Source: Nostoc sp.
GTDB taxonomy: Bacteria > Cyanobacteriota > Cyanobacteriia > Cyanobacteriales > Nostocaceae
Length of the DNA: 16,771 bases
Direction of reading: 5' to 3'
NCBI GenBank assembly: GCA_036918135.1
Contig: JBALDB010000057.1
Location: 1-16,771, forward strand
Both the position numbers and the translations under genes were made by a program. Position 1 is the stretch's first letter, and each line of letters starts with the position of its first letter. This document shows, piece after piece, positions 1 through 8,277 of the stretch. Below the pieces are notes generated by a model. The model searched no databases and was not told where the DNA came from. It was given only the letters and a program-made list of their open reading frames with translations.

Positions 1-32
1 TCTTTTCGCTTCGCTCTCTCAGGCACTTATTC

Positions 33-61
33 AATATAACGAACCCAATCAAAAGTGTCAA
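33..61 (-). promoter_or_regulatory. Strong sigma70-type promoter firing leftward out of the window, probably an rRNA (rrn) operon promoter
   Basis: The minus strand reads TTGACA (61-56), a 17-bp spacer and TATATT (38-33), with upstream A-tracts (76-92) resembling an UP element. The downstream sequence GAATAAGTGCCTGAGAGAGCGAAGCGAAAAGA resembles Nostocales 16S leaders as I recall them. The RNA gene itself is not in the window. Confidence 0.7.
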
Positions 62-169
62 CCACTTTGACTAACTTTTTTTGCCTTTTTTTGAGAAGGC
101 TGTAAGCCTTACACAGCAAGTGTTTTAAGTTATAGTATTCCTGGAAGCCTCTAAGCAAGGAATAAAGTT

Positions 170-1036
170 GTGAGGAATTTTGGTGTTTTGCCGCCCTGGC
201 TAGTTTTAGATCCGCTGTTGCGTGGTTGGTTGTTGGAGGATATTGGGCGGGGCGATCGCACTACAAACACCTTAATAGTTGAAGATGTCGCACCAGGAAC
301 AGCCAAGTGGATAGCGAAGGCTTCAGGAATAATCGCTGGCTTACCAATTGCAGCTAGGGTATTTGAGATTCTGAATAAAAATGTGAGTTTTACGACAGTG
401 ACGCCTGAAGGCGCAAGATGTGAGCCAGGACAGCTAGTAGCTGAAATTCATGGTTCGTTGGATGCATTGCTGATGGGGGAACGGGTAGCACTGAATTTGG
501 CTATGCGGTTGAGTGGTATTGCTACGCTGACTAATATATATGTAGACAAAATTGTTGATTTACCTGCTCGGCTGGTGGATACGCGTAAAACTACACCAGG
601 ACTGAGACTTTTGGAAAAGTATGCGACTGCTGTGGGTGGGGCGATTAATCACCGCATGGGATTGGATGATGCAGTGATGATTAAGGATAATCACATTGCC
701 GCGGCTGGAGGAATTGAGGAAGCTATTAGCCGTGTTCGTTCTCAGATTCCTTATCCTTTGACAATAGAAGTAGAGACGGAAAGTTTAGAACAGGTGAAAG
801 AAGCCTTACAGCACAAAGCCGACATTATTATGTTGGACAATATGCCTTTGGATATAATGCACGATGCAGTGGAATTGATCCGTCAACAGGATAATCGGGT
901 GAAAATTGAGGCCTCAGGGAATGTAACTTTGGAGACTATTCGCAATATTGCACAGACGGGTGTCGATTATATTTCTAGCAGTGCGCCGATTACTCAGTCG
1001 AAATGGTTAGATTTGAGTATGAGGATTCTACTTTAA
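170..1036 (+). CDS. nadC: Nicotinate-nucleotide pyrophosphorylase (quinolinate phosphoribosyltransferase)
   Basis: 288 aa with LLEDIGRGDRTT, ERVALN, DTRKTTPGLR, HRMGLDDAVMIKDNH, EVETE, IMLDNM, EASGN and GVDYIS motifs. GTG start preceded by AAGGA. Confidence 0.97.
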   Translation: MRNFGVLPPWLVLDPLLRGWLLEDIGRGDRTTNTLIVEDVAPGTAKWIAKASGIIAGLPIAARVFEILNKNVSFTTVTPEGARCEPGQLVAEIHGSLDALLMGERVALNLAMRLSGIATLTNIYVDKIVDLPARLVDTRKTTPGLRLLEKYATAVGGAINHRMGLDDAVMIKDNHIAAAGGIEEAISRVRSQIPYPLTIEVETESLEQVKEALQHKADIIMLDNMPLDIMHDAVELIRQQDNRVKIEASGNVTLETIRNIAQTGVDYISSSAPITQSKWLDLSMRILL

Positions 1037-1083
1037 AAGCGATCGCTCACCCATCCTCTAATAATCATTTGAGAATCATCGCA

Positions 1084-1213
1084 ATAGTTACACAGCTACC
1101 ATCTTCTACCCCAAAAGGCATTATCTACCCTGACAGTGATGAACGCTCAAGCTGAGTTAGAAGCTCTACATGCTCTACTAAAACAGCGGGGAATCAATCT
1201 AGAGCAATTGTGA
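1084..1213 (+). pseudogene. Internally deleted Uma2/DUF820-family endonuclease remnant
   Basis: From ATA at 1084 the frame reads (I)VTQLPSSTPKGIIYPDSD, a typical N-terminus of cyanobacterial Uma2 proteins (IIYPDSDG..). A shifted frame then reads AQAELEALHALLKQRGINLEQL* (TGA 1211-1213), a typical Uma2 C-terminal tail. The nuclease core is absent. Confidence 0.65.
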
Positions 1214-1363
1214 GAAAATTTAATTTACAAGTCTAAAAAATAGCAAAGTTTAGTTACTAGCAAGGTTACAAATTTATTCGATATTCCTAATGCCCAACTT
1301 GAGTAAGTGGTTTTTTAGAATCAAAGTAGGAGATAATTTTCCCAAAACACAGGGTGAACTCCA

Positions 1364-3142
1364 TTGGTTCAACAACCAGAACTCCAGGAAACTTCGTCAA
1401 TGCAATCAATCCAGCGCGTAGTGGGTAGTCTGAGTACTTACCGATGGACTTCGCTGGGAGCCTTAATAAGCTTATTGCTGTTGACGAGCGCTAACGCAGT
1501 GACCCCGCAACTATTTCGGTGGGGAATCGATCGAGGGATTACCAAAAAAAACTTAGAAATTGTGTTAATTAGTGCTGGCTGGATGCTAGTCACGGCGATC
1601 GCTCGTGGTTTATTTAATTTTGGACAAAGTTATTTGGCAGAAGCGGCGTCTCAAGGTGTAGCTTACGATCTACGAAACAAAATTTTTAGCAAAATTCAAA
1701 ATCTCAGCTTCAGCTATCACGACCAAGCACAGACCTCTCAACTGTTAACCCGCGTCACTAGTGACATTGAGCAAATCCGTACATTTGTTAGTACTAGCCT
1801 GATTCAGGTCATTGGTGGAGTTGTGACATTAGTGAGTATTGCAGTGATTTTGCTAGCGATGAACTGGAAATTGGCACTGATTACTCTGACAGTAGTACCT
1901 TTAACCGGATGGTTGATGGCGCGATTTGTGACTCGAAATAACAAACTTTTTCGGCAAGTACAAGAGCAACTAAGCGACCTGAACGCTGTATTACAAGAGA
2001 ACTTAATCGGAATACGGGTGGTGAAAGCGTTTGTGCGGGAGTCTACCGAAAGGTCGCGTTACACAACTCTCAATGATGCCTTAGTCAAGGCAAATATGAA
2101 GACCATTAGCGGTATTCGTGATACATTCCCGTTTATCTTTTTATTAAGTAATTTAGTAACACTGGCAGTTTTCGGATATGGGGGAGTAGAGGTGGTTGGG
2201 GGTAGGTTCTCCATTGGTGAACTGGTGGCGTTTAACTCCTACCTAGCGTTGATTCTCCAACCAATTGTATTAATTGGATTTGCGGCACCTGCGATCGCTC
2301 AATCAGCTGCTTCGGCGGAACGGGTTTATGAAGTTGTGGATGCAGAGATAGAAATTCGCGATCGCCCTGATGCCATCCCTTTTGACACCTGCGGTGGTAG
2401 AATCACCTTTGAAAATGTTTCCTTTCGCTATCCGGGAGCGGCTAGTGAAGCTCTCAAAGAAGTTTCCTTTGAAACCAAGCCCAATGAACTAATCGCCGTT
2501 CTAGGCATGACTGGTTCCGGAAAAAGCACAATTATGAACTTGATTCCCCGATTTTACGATGTTACACGGGGAGCAATTCGGATTGACGGACGAGATGTTA
2601 GAGATTTCACACTCAAAAGCCTCAGATCTCGGATCGGTATTGTGTTCCAAGAAACTACACTCTTCTCTGGGACAATCCGCGAAAATATTGCCTATGCAAA
2701 ACCCAATGCAACTTTAGAAGAAGTGATTCAGGTGGCAAAAACTGCACAAATACACGATTTCATCATCAGTTTGCCCAATGGCTACGAGACGATTGTCGGT
2801 GAACGTGGTGTGGGCTTGTCTGGGGGACAAAAACAACGAATTGCGATCGCCCGTACCTTACTCACTGATTACAGTATTTTGATTTTGGACGATAGTACCT
2901 CTGCTGTGGATGCCAAAACTGCTGCCCAAATTCAAGCTGAGTTAGATGGTTTGATGCGTCAAAAAGCTTGTACAACCTTTGTGGTGGCTCAACGCATTAG
3001 CACTGTCAAAAATGCCGATCGCATTTTTCTGATTGATAAAGGACGATTGGTAGCGCAAGGTACTCACGAAGAATTGATGCAAACCAGCCCGCTTTACGGC
3101 GTAATTTTGGAATCTCAGGTAAAGCAGAAGGAGAACAAATGA
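1364..3142 (+). CDS. ABC exporter, fused TMD-NBD half transporter (TM287-like subunit)
   Basis: N-terminal membrane domain, Walker A GMTGSGKST, signature LSGGQ, Walker B ILILDD and switch AQR. The start is TTG 1364 or the in-frame ATG 1400. Confidence 0.93.
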   Translation: MVQQPELQETSSMQSIQRVVGSLSTYRWTSLGALISLLLLTSANAVTPQLFRWGIDRGITKKNLEIVLISAGWMLVTAIARGLFNFGQSYLAEAASQGVAYDLRNKIFSKIQNLSFSYHDQAQTSQLLTRVTSDIEQIRTFVSTSLIQVIGGVVTLVSIAVILLAMNWKLALITLTVVPLTGWLMARFVTRNNKLFRQVQEQLSDLNAVLQENLIGIRVVKAFVRESTERSRYTTLNDALVKANMKTISGIRDTFPFIFLLSNLVTLAVFGYGGVEVVGGRFSIGELVAFNSYLALILQPIVLIGFAAPAIAQSAASAERVYEVVDAEIEIRDRPDAIPFDTCGGRITFENVSFRYPGAASEALKEVSFETKPNELIAVLGMTGSGKSTIMNLIPRFYDVTRGAIRIDGRDVRDFTLKSLRSRIGIVFQETTLFSGTIRENIAYAKPNATLEEVIQVAKTAQIHDFIISLPNGYETIVGERGVGLSGGQKQRIAIARTLLTDYSILILDDSTSAVDAKTAAQIQAELDGLMRQKACTTFVVAQRISTVKNADRIFLIDKGRLVAQGTHEELMQTSPLYGVILESQVKQKENK

Positions 3143-4938
3143 GAACCACAGCTGCAGTTGCTGTATCCGAAGAACAAACTACTCAGCAAGTCTCGACCTT
3201 AGGGCGCTTTTTGCAATATCTAAAACCTTATCGCAAAGAAATTCCGATTGCGATCGCATTGGTATTGATTGGTGCCATTACCCAGGCAGTTGGGCCATTC
3301 TTTATCGGCTGGTCAATTGATAACCTAATTGCCAAGGGAAATTTGCAGGAACTACTCCTGTTATTAGGGCTACTAGCGCTGAATTATGGAGTTAGTACCT
3401 TGGCAATCCGGGGTCAAATTATTCGAGTCGGCTGGATTATGCAGCGATTGCTGGCTCAACTAAGGCAAGATATTTTTATTAAAATCCAAAGTTTACCCTT
3501 GAGCTTTTTTGACCGCAGCGAAGCAGGCGATTTAATGAGCCGCTTGTTAAATGATGTCAACACCGTGAATCAGGCATTTGGATTGACGATCGCTCAAATG
3601 CTGGGTAACACTTTCAGTTTAGTTGGGATTGTGATTGCTATGCTCTCAATTAATCTGCAACTCGGCTTATTGAGTAACTTGGTTGTGCCAGTGATGATTT
3701 TTACCACAGGCTTGTTTGCACGCTGGGCAAGAAGCAGATTTCGTGTAACACGACAAACTATTGGGGAACTTTCCGCCAAGTTAGAAGAAGATATTGGCAG
3801 TGTGCGCGAAGCACAGGCATTTAATCGCGTATACCTCAATATTTCAGAATTCGAGATTCTCAACGCCGCTAATCGAAATGCTAATGTCCAAGCTGTGGCA
3901 ATTACTTCGGCCTTTTTGCCGTCCATCGATTTTCTCAACACCTTAGCAACTGCGGGTGTATTGGCTTATGGTGGGTATCTGGCGGTGACGGGAAGCGCAA
4001 CAGTGGGTGTGGTAACATCCTTTTTACTTTATGTACAGCAGTTCTTCCGCCCTATCCAAATTCTCAGCCAGTTTTATACCCAAGCTCAATCTGCATTTGC
4101 TGGATTAGAGCGAATCTTTCTACTGCTGGATGAACCCTCACAACTCAATGATGCGCTTGATGCTACCGAAATGCCACCGATTCAAGGTGAAGTAAAATTT
4201 GAGAATGTCAAGTTTGGCTACAATCCAGACCAACTGGTTCTCAAAGGGATAAATTTGCATAGCCTACCAGGACAGATGGTTGCGTTAGTAGGATCGACGG
4301 GTTCGGGCAAAAGTACAATTATTAACTTGATTTTGCGCTTCTACGATGTATCCAGTGGTGCAGTTAAAATTGATGACATTGATGTGCGTAGTGTTACTCA
4401 AGCAAGCTTACGACGTCAGATTGGTATCGTGCTGCAAGATAATATTCTGTTTAGCGGTACGGTTGCAGAAAACATTGCCTTTGGCTCTCCCTATGCTAGC
4501 CAAGCTGACATCGAAGCAGCTGCACAGATGGCCAATGTCCATGAATTTATCACCTCACTACCACAGGGCTATACAACTCAATTGGGTGAAAAAGGCGCTC
4601 CTTTGAGTCAGGGACAGCGACAACTAATCAGTATTGCCCGTGCGGTGTTAATTAATCCCCGAATTCTCATACTTGATGAAGCAACCAGCAGCATTGATAC
4701 GCGCACAGAAGCTCTAGTACAAACTGCGATCGCTCGCTTACTCGAAGGTCGTACTAGTTTCGTAATTGCCCACCGCCTCAGTACAGTTACTCAAGCAGAT
4801 TGCGTGTTAGTAATGCAACAAGGACAGATTGTAGAGCAGGGTACTCACGCAGAACTCATCCGTCAGCAGGGTGTCTATGCAAATCTCTATGCGCTGCAAT
4901 TAGGTGCAGCAGACACGGTAAAAGCAACTGAGCGATAA
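3139..4938 (+). CDS. ABC exporter, fused TMD-NBD half transporter (TM288-like subunit)
   Basis: Walker A GSTGSGKST, signature LSQGQ, Walker B ILILDEATS and switch IAHRLST. ATGA overlap with the upstream gene at 3139-3142. Confidence 0.94.
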   Translation: MRTTAAVAVSEEQTTQQVSTLGRFLQYLKPYRKEIPIAIALVLIGAITQAVGPFFIGWSIDNLIAKGNLQELLLLLGLLALNYGVSTLAIRGQIIRVGWIMQRLLAQLRQDIFIKIQSLPLSFFDRSEAGDLMSRLLNDVNTVNQAFGLTIAQMLGNTFSLVGIVIAMLSINLQLGLLSNLVVPVMIFTTGLFARWARSRFRVTRQTIGELSAKLEEDIGSVREAQAFNRVYLNISEFEILNAANRNANVQAVAITSAFLPSIDFLNTLATAGVLAYGGYLAVTGSATVGVVTSFLLYVQQFFRPIQILSQFYTQAQSAFAGLERIFLLLDEPSQLNDALDATEMPPIQGEVKFENVKFGYNPDQLVLKGINLHSLPGQMVALVGSTGSGKSTIINLILRFYDVSSGAVKIDDIDVRSVTQASLRRQIGIVLQDNILFSGTVAENIAFGSPYASQADIEAAAQMANVHEFITSLPQGYTTQLGEKGAPLSQGQRQLISIARAVLINPRILILDEATSSIDTRTEALVQTAIARLLEGRTSFVIAHRLSTVTQADCVLVMQQGQIVEQGTHAELIRQQGVYANLYALQLGAADTVKATER

Positions 4939-5022
4939 AATCCGAGGGCACAGGAGAATAATCAATAACAAATGATGTCATGTGCGGATAATCGTAATCA
5001 GCAAGGTCAATAACTGAGTACA

Positions 5023-5042
5023 AAGATGGCATTAGTCATCTT
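5023..5042. terminator. Possible hairpin between convergent genes
   Basis: AAGATGGC-ATTA-GTCATCTT forms an 8-bp stem with one G-U pair. There is no clear U-tract. Confidence 0.25.
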
Positions 5043-5059
5043 CGTAATGATTGTCTTGG

Positions 5060-5749
5060 CTAGAAATTCTCTACCCACGGACGTAGTTCTACTTCCCATG
5101 TCCAAGCACTGCGGGGTTGGCGGAGGATATTAAGATAAGTTTGGGCGATCGCATCTGGGTCAAGAGTACTATCTGGTTTATCTGCTGAATCTTGGTAAGC
5201 TGCTGAACGGATTCCCCCATCAATTACGAAATGCGCCACATGAATATTTTTTGGTGCTAGTTCCCTAGCAATACTTTGAGCTAAACCGCGCAGTGCAAAT
5301 TTCCCCATTGCAAAGGGAGCAGACTGAGGAAAACCTTTAATACTTGCTGAAGCTCCAGTAAAGAAGATTGCACCACCTCCCTGCTGCAACATCCGTTTGG
5401 CAGCAGCTTGAGCAACTAGAAAGCCACCGAAGGCAGTCACTTCTAGAGTTTTTGCTACCCCATCTGGATCTAGCTCAACTAAAGGCCCCCGCACGCGGAA
5501 ACTAGGGTTATAAATCACAATATTTGGGGAACCTAACTGATTTTCAACATCAATAAATAATTGTTCCACCTCATCTGGCTTGGAGGCATCAGCAGCAAAA
5601 CTAACCGCCCCAATTTCACTACTAAGCTGAGTAAGTTTCTCAATTTGGCGAGCAGCTAAAGCGACACTTATTCCCTCTTTGGCAAATAAGCGGGCTAAAG
5701 AAGCACTTAGTCCATTACCCGCTCCCACTATCAATACTGTTGTTGCCAT
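5060..5749 (-). CDS. SDR family oxidoreductase with atypical active site
   Basis: Rossmann motif VGAGNGLS, then FFTGASAS and HVAHFVIDG. FAMGK sits where YxxxK is expected. Confidence 0.9.
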   Translation of the reverse strand: MATTVLIVGAGNGLSASLARLFAKEGISVALAARQIEKLTQLSSEIGAVSFAADASKPDEVEQLFIDVENQLGSPNIVIYNPSFRVRGPLVELDPDGVAKTLEVTAFGGFLVAQAAAKRMLQQGGGAIFFTGASASIKGFPQSAPFAMGKFALRGLAQSIARELAPKNIHVAHFVIDGGIRSAAYQDSADKPDSTLDPDAIAQTYLNILRQPRSAWTWEVELRPWVENF

Positions 5750-5878
5750 AATTTCAATTTTCCTATTAAGTATGACCTACTTCCTTGAGTCCAGTTACAA
5801 CCAAGTCAAGGATGACGTGATTACAACTATTGGGATTTAGATCTGCATAAACAACTAAAACATTCATCGGATTAAATA

Positions 5879-7174
5879 TTAAGAATTGAGTCTAGCTGAA
5901 GATACCTCTATACCCCTAGTTGGACTTTGACCAATCCGCAATACACAGACTGCGGCAATCAGGCATAAAACCCCTGATAAAATGAACGCTTGCAAATAAC
6001 TACTCATCCAGGTTCTTAACACCCCAGCTCCAAATGCTGCTGTGGCTGCACCGATCTGATGTCCTGCTACAATCCAGCCGAACATCACGCCCACATTTTC
6101 TTTACCAAAGATATTGCTAACAAGACGTACTGTAGGCGGTACTGTAGCAATCCAATCAAGTCCATAAAAGACGGCGAACACGGAAAGTCCATAGAAGGAA
6201 TAATTGAAACTGAAGGGTAAGAAAATCAAAGACAAACCCCGTAGTCCGTAGTACCAGCACAACAAGTAACGATTGTTCCAGCGGTCAGATAGCCAGCCGG
6301 ACATAGTAGTTCCAAAAAAATCGAATAGTCCCATGATTGCCAAAAGACTAGCAGCTTTGACTTCAGGGATACCGTGGTCAATACAAGCGGGAATAAGATG
6401 AGTACCAATTAACCCATTTGTGCTAGCACCACAGATAAAAAAGCTACCAAATAACAGCCAGAAGTCGCGATCGCGCATTCCCAGCCAAAGAGCATTCACA
6501 GTAGAGGTAATGGAATTTACTTTTGGCTGTAATACTTCCACAGTTTCCCTGTTGTCGCCAAAGGCTCGCAAACCGACTTCTGCTGGTCGATCGCGCATCA
6601 AGGCTGCGATTGGTGGAATAATTAAAAGTGCAGCACCAGTGAGAGTCAGAGCCGCAGTTCGCCAACCAAAGTGAGTAGCGATTGAGGCTAGTACAGGTAA
6701 AAACACCAGTTGTCCGGTAGCTGTACTCGCAGTCAAGATACCTAAAACCAAACCCCGCCTTTCAAAAAACCAGCGATTGACAACAATCACACCCAAAACT
6801 AAAGCGATAACTCCGCTACCACAACCGACAACTATACCCCACAGCAATACTAGCTGCCAGGGCGTTGACATCAAAGTAGTTAAACCGACACCGATGGCGA
6901 TCGCAGCCAGCGAAAACACCATCATCCGACGAATGCCAATCCGTTCCATAACAGTGGCAGCAAAAGGGCCAATTAGTCCGTAAAGTACTAAGTTCAGCGA
7001 GATTGCCAAAGATATAGTAGCTCTACTCCAGCCGAATTCCTGTTCAACAGGCACAATAAAAACTCCAGGAGCAGAGCGAATTCCCGCTGCCACCAGCAAA
7101 GCAAGGAATGTTAAACCCGCGACGATCCAGCCATAGTGGAACGAATGACGCGCTAAAAAGGAGGGTAAAGACAT
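5879..7174 (-). CDS. MFS transporter
   Basis: 431 aa with about 12 hydrophobic segments, MFS motif A-like loops (MERIGIRR, GWLSDRWNNR) and RWFFERRGLVLG. Confidence 0.93.
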   Translation of the reverse strand: MSLPSFLARHSFHYGWIVAGLTFLALLVAAGIRSAPGVFIVPVEQEFGWSRATISLAISLNLVLYGLIGPFAATVMERIGIRRMMVFSLAAIAIGVGLTTLMSTPWQLVLLWGIVVGCGSGVIALVLGVIVVNRWFFERRGLVLGILTASTATGQLVFLPVLASIATHFGWRTAALTLTGAALLIIPPIAALMRDRPAEVGLRAFGDNRETVEVLQPKVNSITSTVNALWLGMRDRDFWLLFGSFFICGASTNGLIGTHLIPACIDHGIPEVKAASLLAIMGLFDFFGTTMSGWLSDRWNNRYLLCWYYGLRGLSLIFLPFSFNYSFYGLSVFAVFYGLDWIATVPPTVRLVSNIFGKENVGVMFGWIVAGHQIGAATAAFGAGVLRTWMSSYLQAFILSGVLCLIAAVCVLRIGQSPTRGIEVSSARLNS

Positions 7175-7177
7175 GGT

Positions 7178-7459
7178 TTAGAGGGGAGTGGGGGAGCAGG
7201 GGGGTTGGGAGCAGAGGGCAGGGGGCAGGGACAGATGAGTGGAGATCAAAGACTTATTAAAGGAGTTCAAATACTCATTAAAGGAGTTCAAAGCCTCGTC
7301 GGCGAGTATTAAAGACTCATTAATGGAGTTCAAATACTCATTAATGGAGTTCAAAGCCTCGTCGGCGAGTATTAAAGACTCATTAATGGAGTTCAAATAC
7401 TCATTAATGGAGTTCAAAGACTCGTCGGCGAGTATTAAAGACTCATTAATGGAGTTCAA
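7178..7459 (-). CDS. Possible heptad-repeat small protein encoded by the 21-bp array (may be non-coding)
   Basis: TTG start with AGGGGGA upstream. It is co-oriented with the cluster and its stop lies 3 nt before the MFS ATG. Translation gives (L)NSINESLILADESLNSINEYL heptads. The evidence is weak because repeats are often open by construction. Confidence 0.25.
   Translation of the reverse strand: MNSINESLILADESLNSINEYLNSINESLILADEALNSINEYLNSINESLILADEALNSFNEYLNSFNKSLISTHLSLPPALCSQPPCSPTPL
7181..7231. repeat. G-rich degenerate short tandem repeats (GGGGGCA/GGGAGCA-type)
   Basis: GAGGGGAGTGGGGGAGCAGGGGGGTTGGGAGCAGAGGGCAGGGGGCAGGGA, typical of Nostocales intergenic STRR-like tracts. Confidence 0.7.
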
Positions 7460-7467
7460 ATACTCAT
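7241..7467. repeat. Tandem array of about 11 x 21-bp units with 63-bp higher-order periodicity
   Basis: Units are A GGAGTTCAAATACTCATTAA(A/T), B GGAGTTCAAAG(C/A)CTCGTCGGC and C GAGTATTAAAGACTCATTAAT. The order is a degenerate unit (7241), then A-B-C three times (7262, 7325, 7388), then a partial A (7451-7467). Confidence 0.95.
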
Positions 7468-7503
7468 CCCCCTATTCCCAATGCCCAATGCCGCATTCCC
7501 AAT
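7468..7503. repeat. STRR-type heptamer repeats (CCCAATG/CCCTATT-like)
   Basis: CCCCCTATTCCCAATGCCCAATGCCGCATTCCCAAT. Confidence 0.7.
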
Positions 7504-7513
7504 TTAGAGAGAA

Positions 7514-8179
7514 CTACCCTGCATAAGAATTACCAATTCTGTCCACTGAGACGTTGTAGGAAAATGGTAAACGGCCTGGATTTAAGCGTGGTTCTGCTGC
7601 ATAGCCTACAGGAACTAAAACGGCGATCGCTAAATCTGAATTCTCCCCAGCACCAATCACTTGTTTTACCCGATCCTCAATCCAACCATTCATAAAACAA
7701 GTGGATAATCCCAGACTTTCTGCCGCTAACACCAAATGGGTAGCGGCAATGATGGCATCTTTGATCGCATATTCTCGTCGCTTCTCGCCCAGCGTTGATT
7801 GAAATTGCGGGATGGCGGTTTTAAAGTAGTTTACCGTACCTTCATTCCATGCCCCAGTTTCCAGTCCCCGCTCTAGAATTGGGGCCAAGTTTTGTTCGCC
7901 AGCGTTAGGATCGGCGGCAAAGACAAAGGTTACAGGTGCTTGAATAATTTGTTGTTGATTCCAAGATGCTGCTGATAGCGCTGCCTTTTGTGCTTCATCT
8001 TGTACGAGAATAATTTGCCAGTCCTGGATATTATAGCTGCTGGGCGCTGCCACAGTTAATTCTACCAATTGTTTGAGCAGTTCTGGAGCGATGGGGTCTG
8101 ATTTAAAAGTTTTGATTGAACGGCGTTGAGCGATCGCACTTGGTACATCTAAAGGTTGGGTTTGAGTGATGGAACTCAT
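7514..8179 (-). CDS. Nitroreductase family FMN-dependent oxidoreductase
   Basis: RRSIKTF, AAPSSYNIQDW, LAAESLGLSTCFMNG and VPVGY motifs. Shine-Dalgarno AGGAG upstream. Confidence 0.94.
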   Translation of the reverse strand: MSSITQTQPLDVPSAIAQRRSIKTFKSDPIAPELLKQLVELTVAAPSSYNIQDWQIILVQDEAQKAALSAASWNQQQIIQAPVTFVFAADPNAGEQNLAPILERGLETGAWNEGTVNYFKTAIPQFQSTLGEKRREYAIKDAIIAATHLVLAAESLGLSTCFMNGWIEDRVKQVIGAGENSDLAIAVLVPVGYAAEPRLNPGRLPFSYNVSVDRIGNSYAG

Positions 8180-8277
8180 GAGAATCTCCTGATAGTTGAG
8201 TTATGACAGGGTTTAGGATTTTATATTTAAAGTGATTGAGAACGTTAAACAGCAGGGCAATGTAATTATGTTCCTCT

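Noticed and set aside
7241..7467. CRISPR array or type III toxin-antitoxin RNA array
   Set aside because: The units are contiguous with no unique spacers, and there is no cas gene or ToxN/CptN/TenpN-like gene adjacent.
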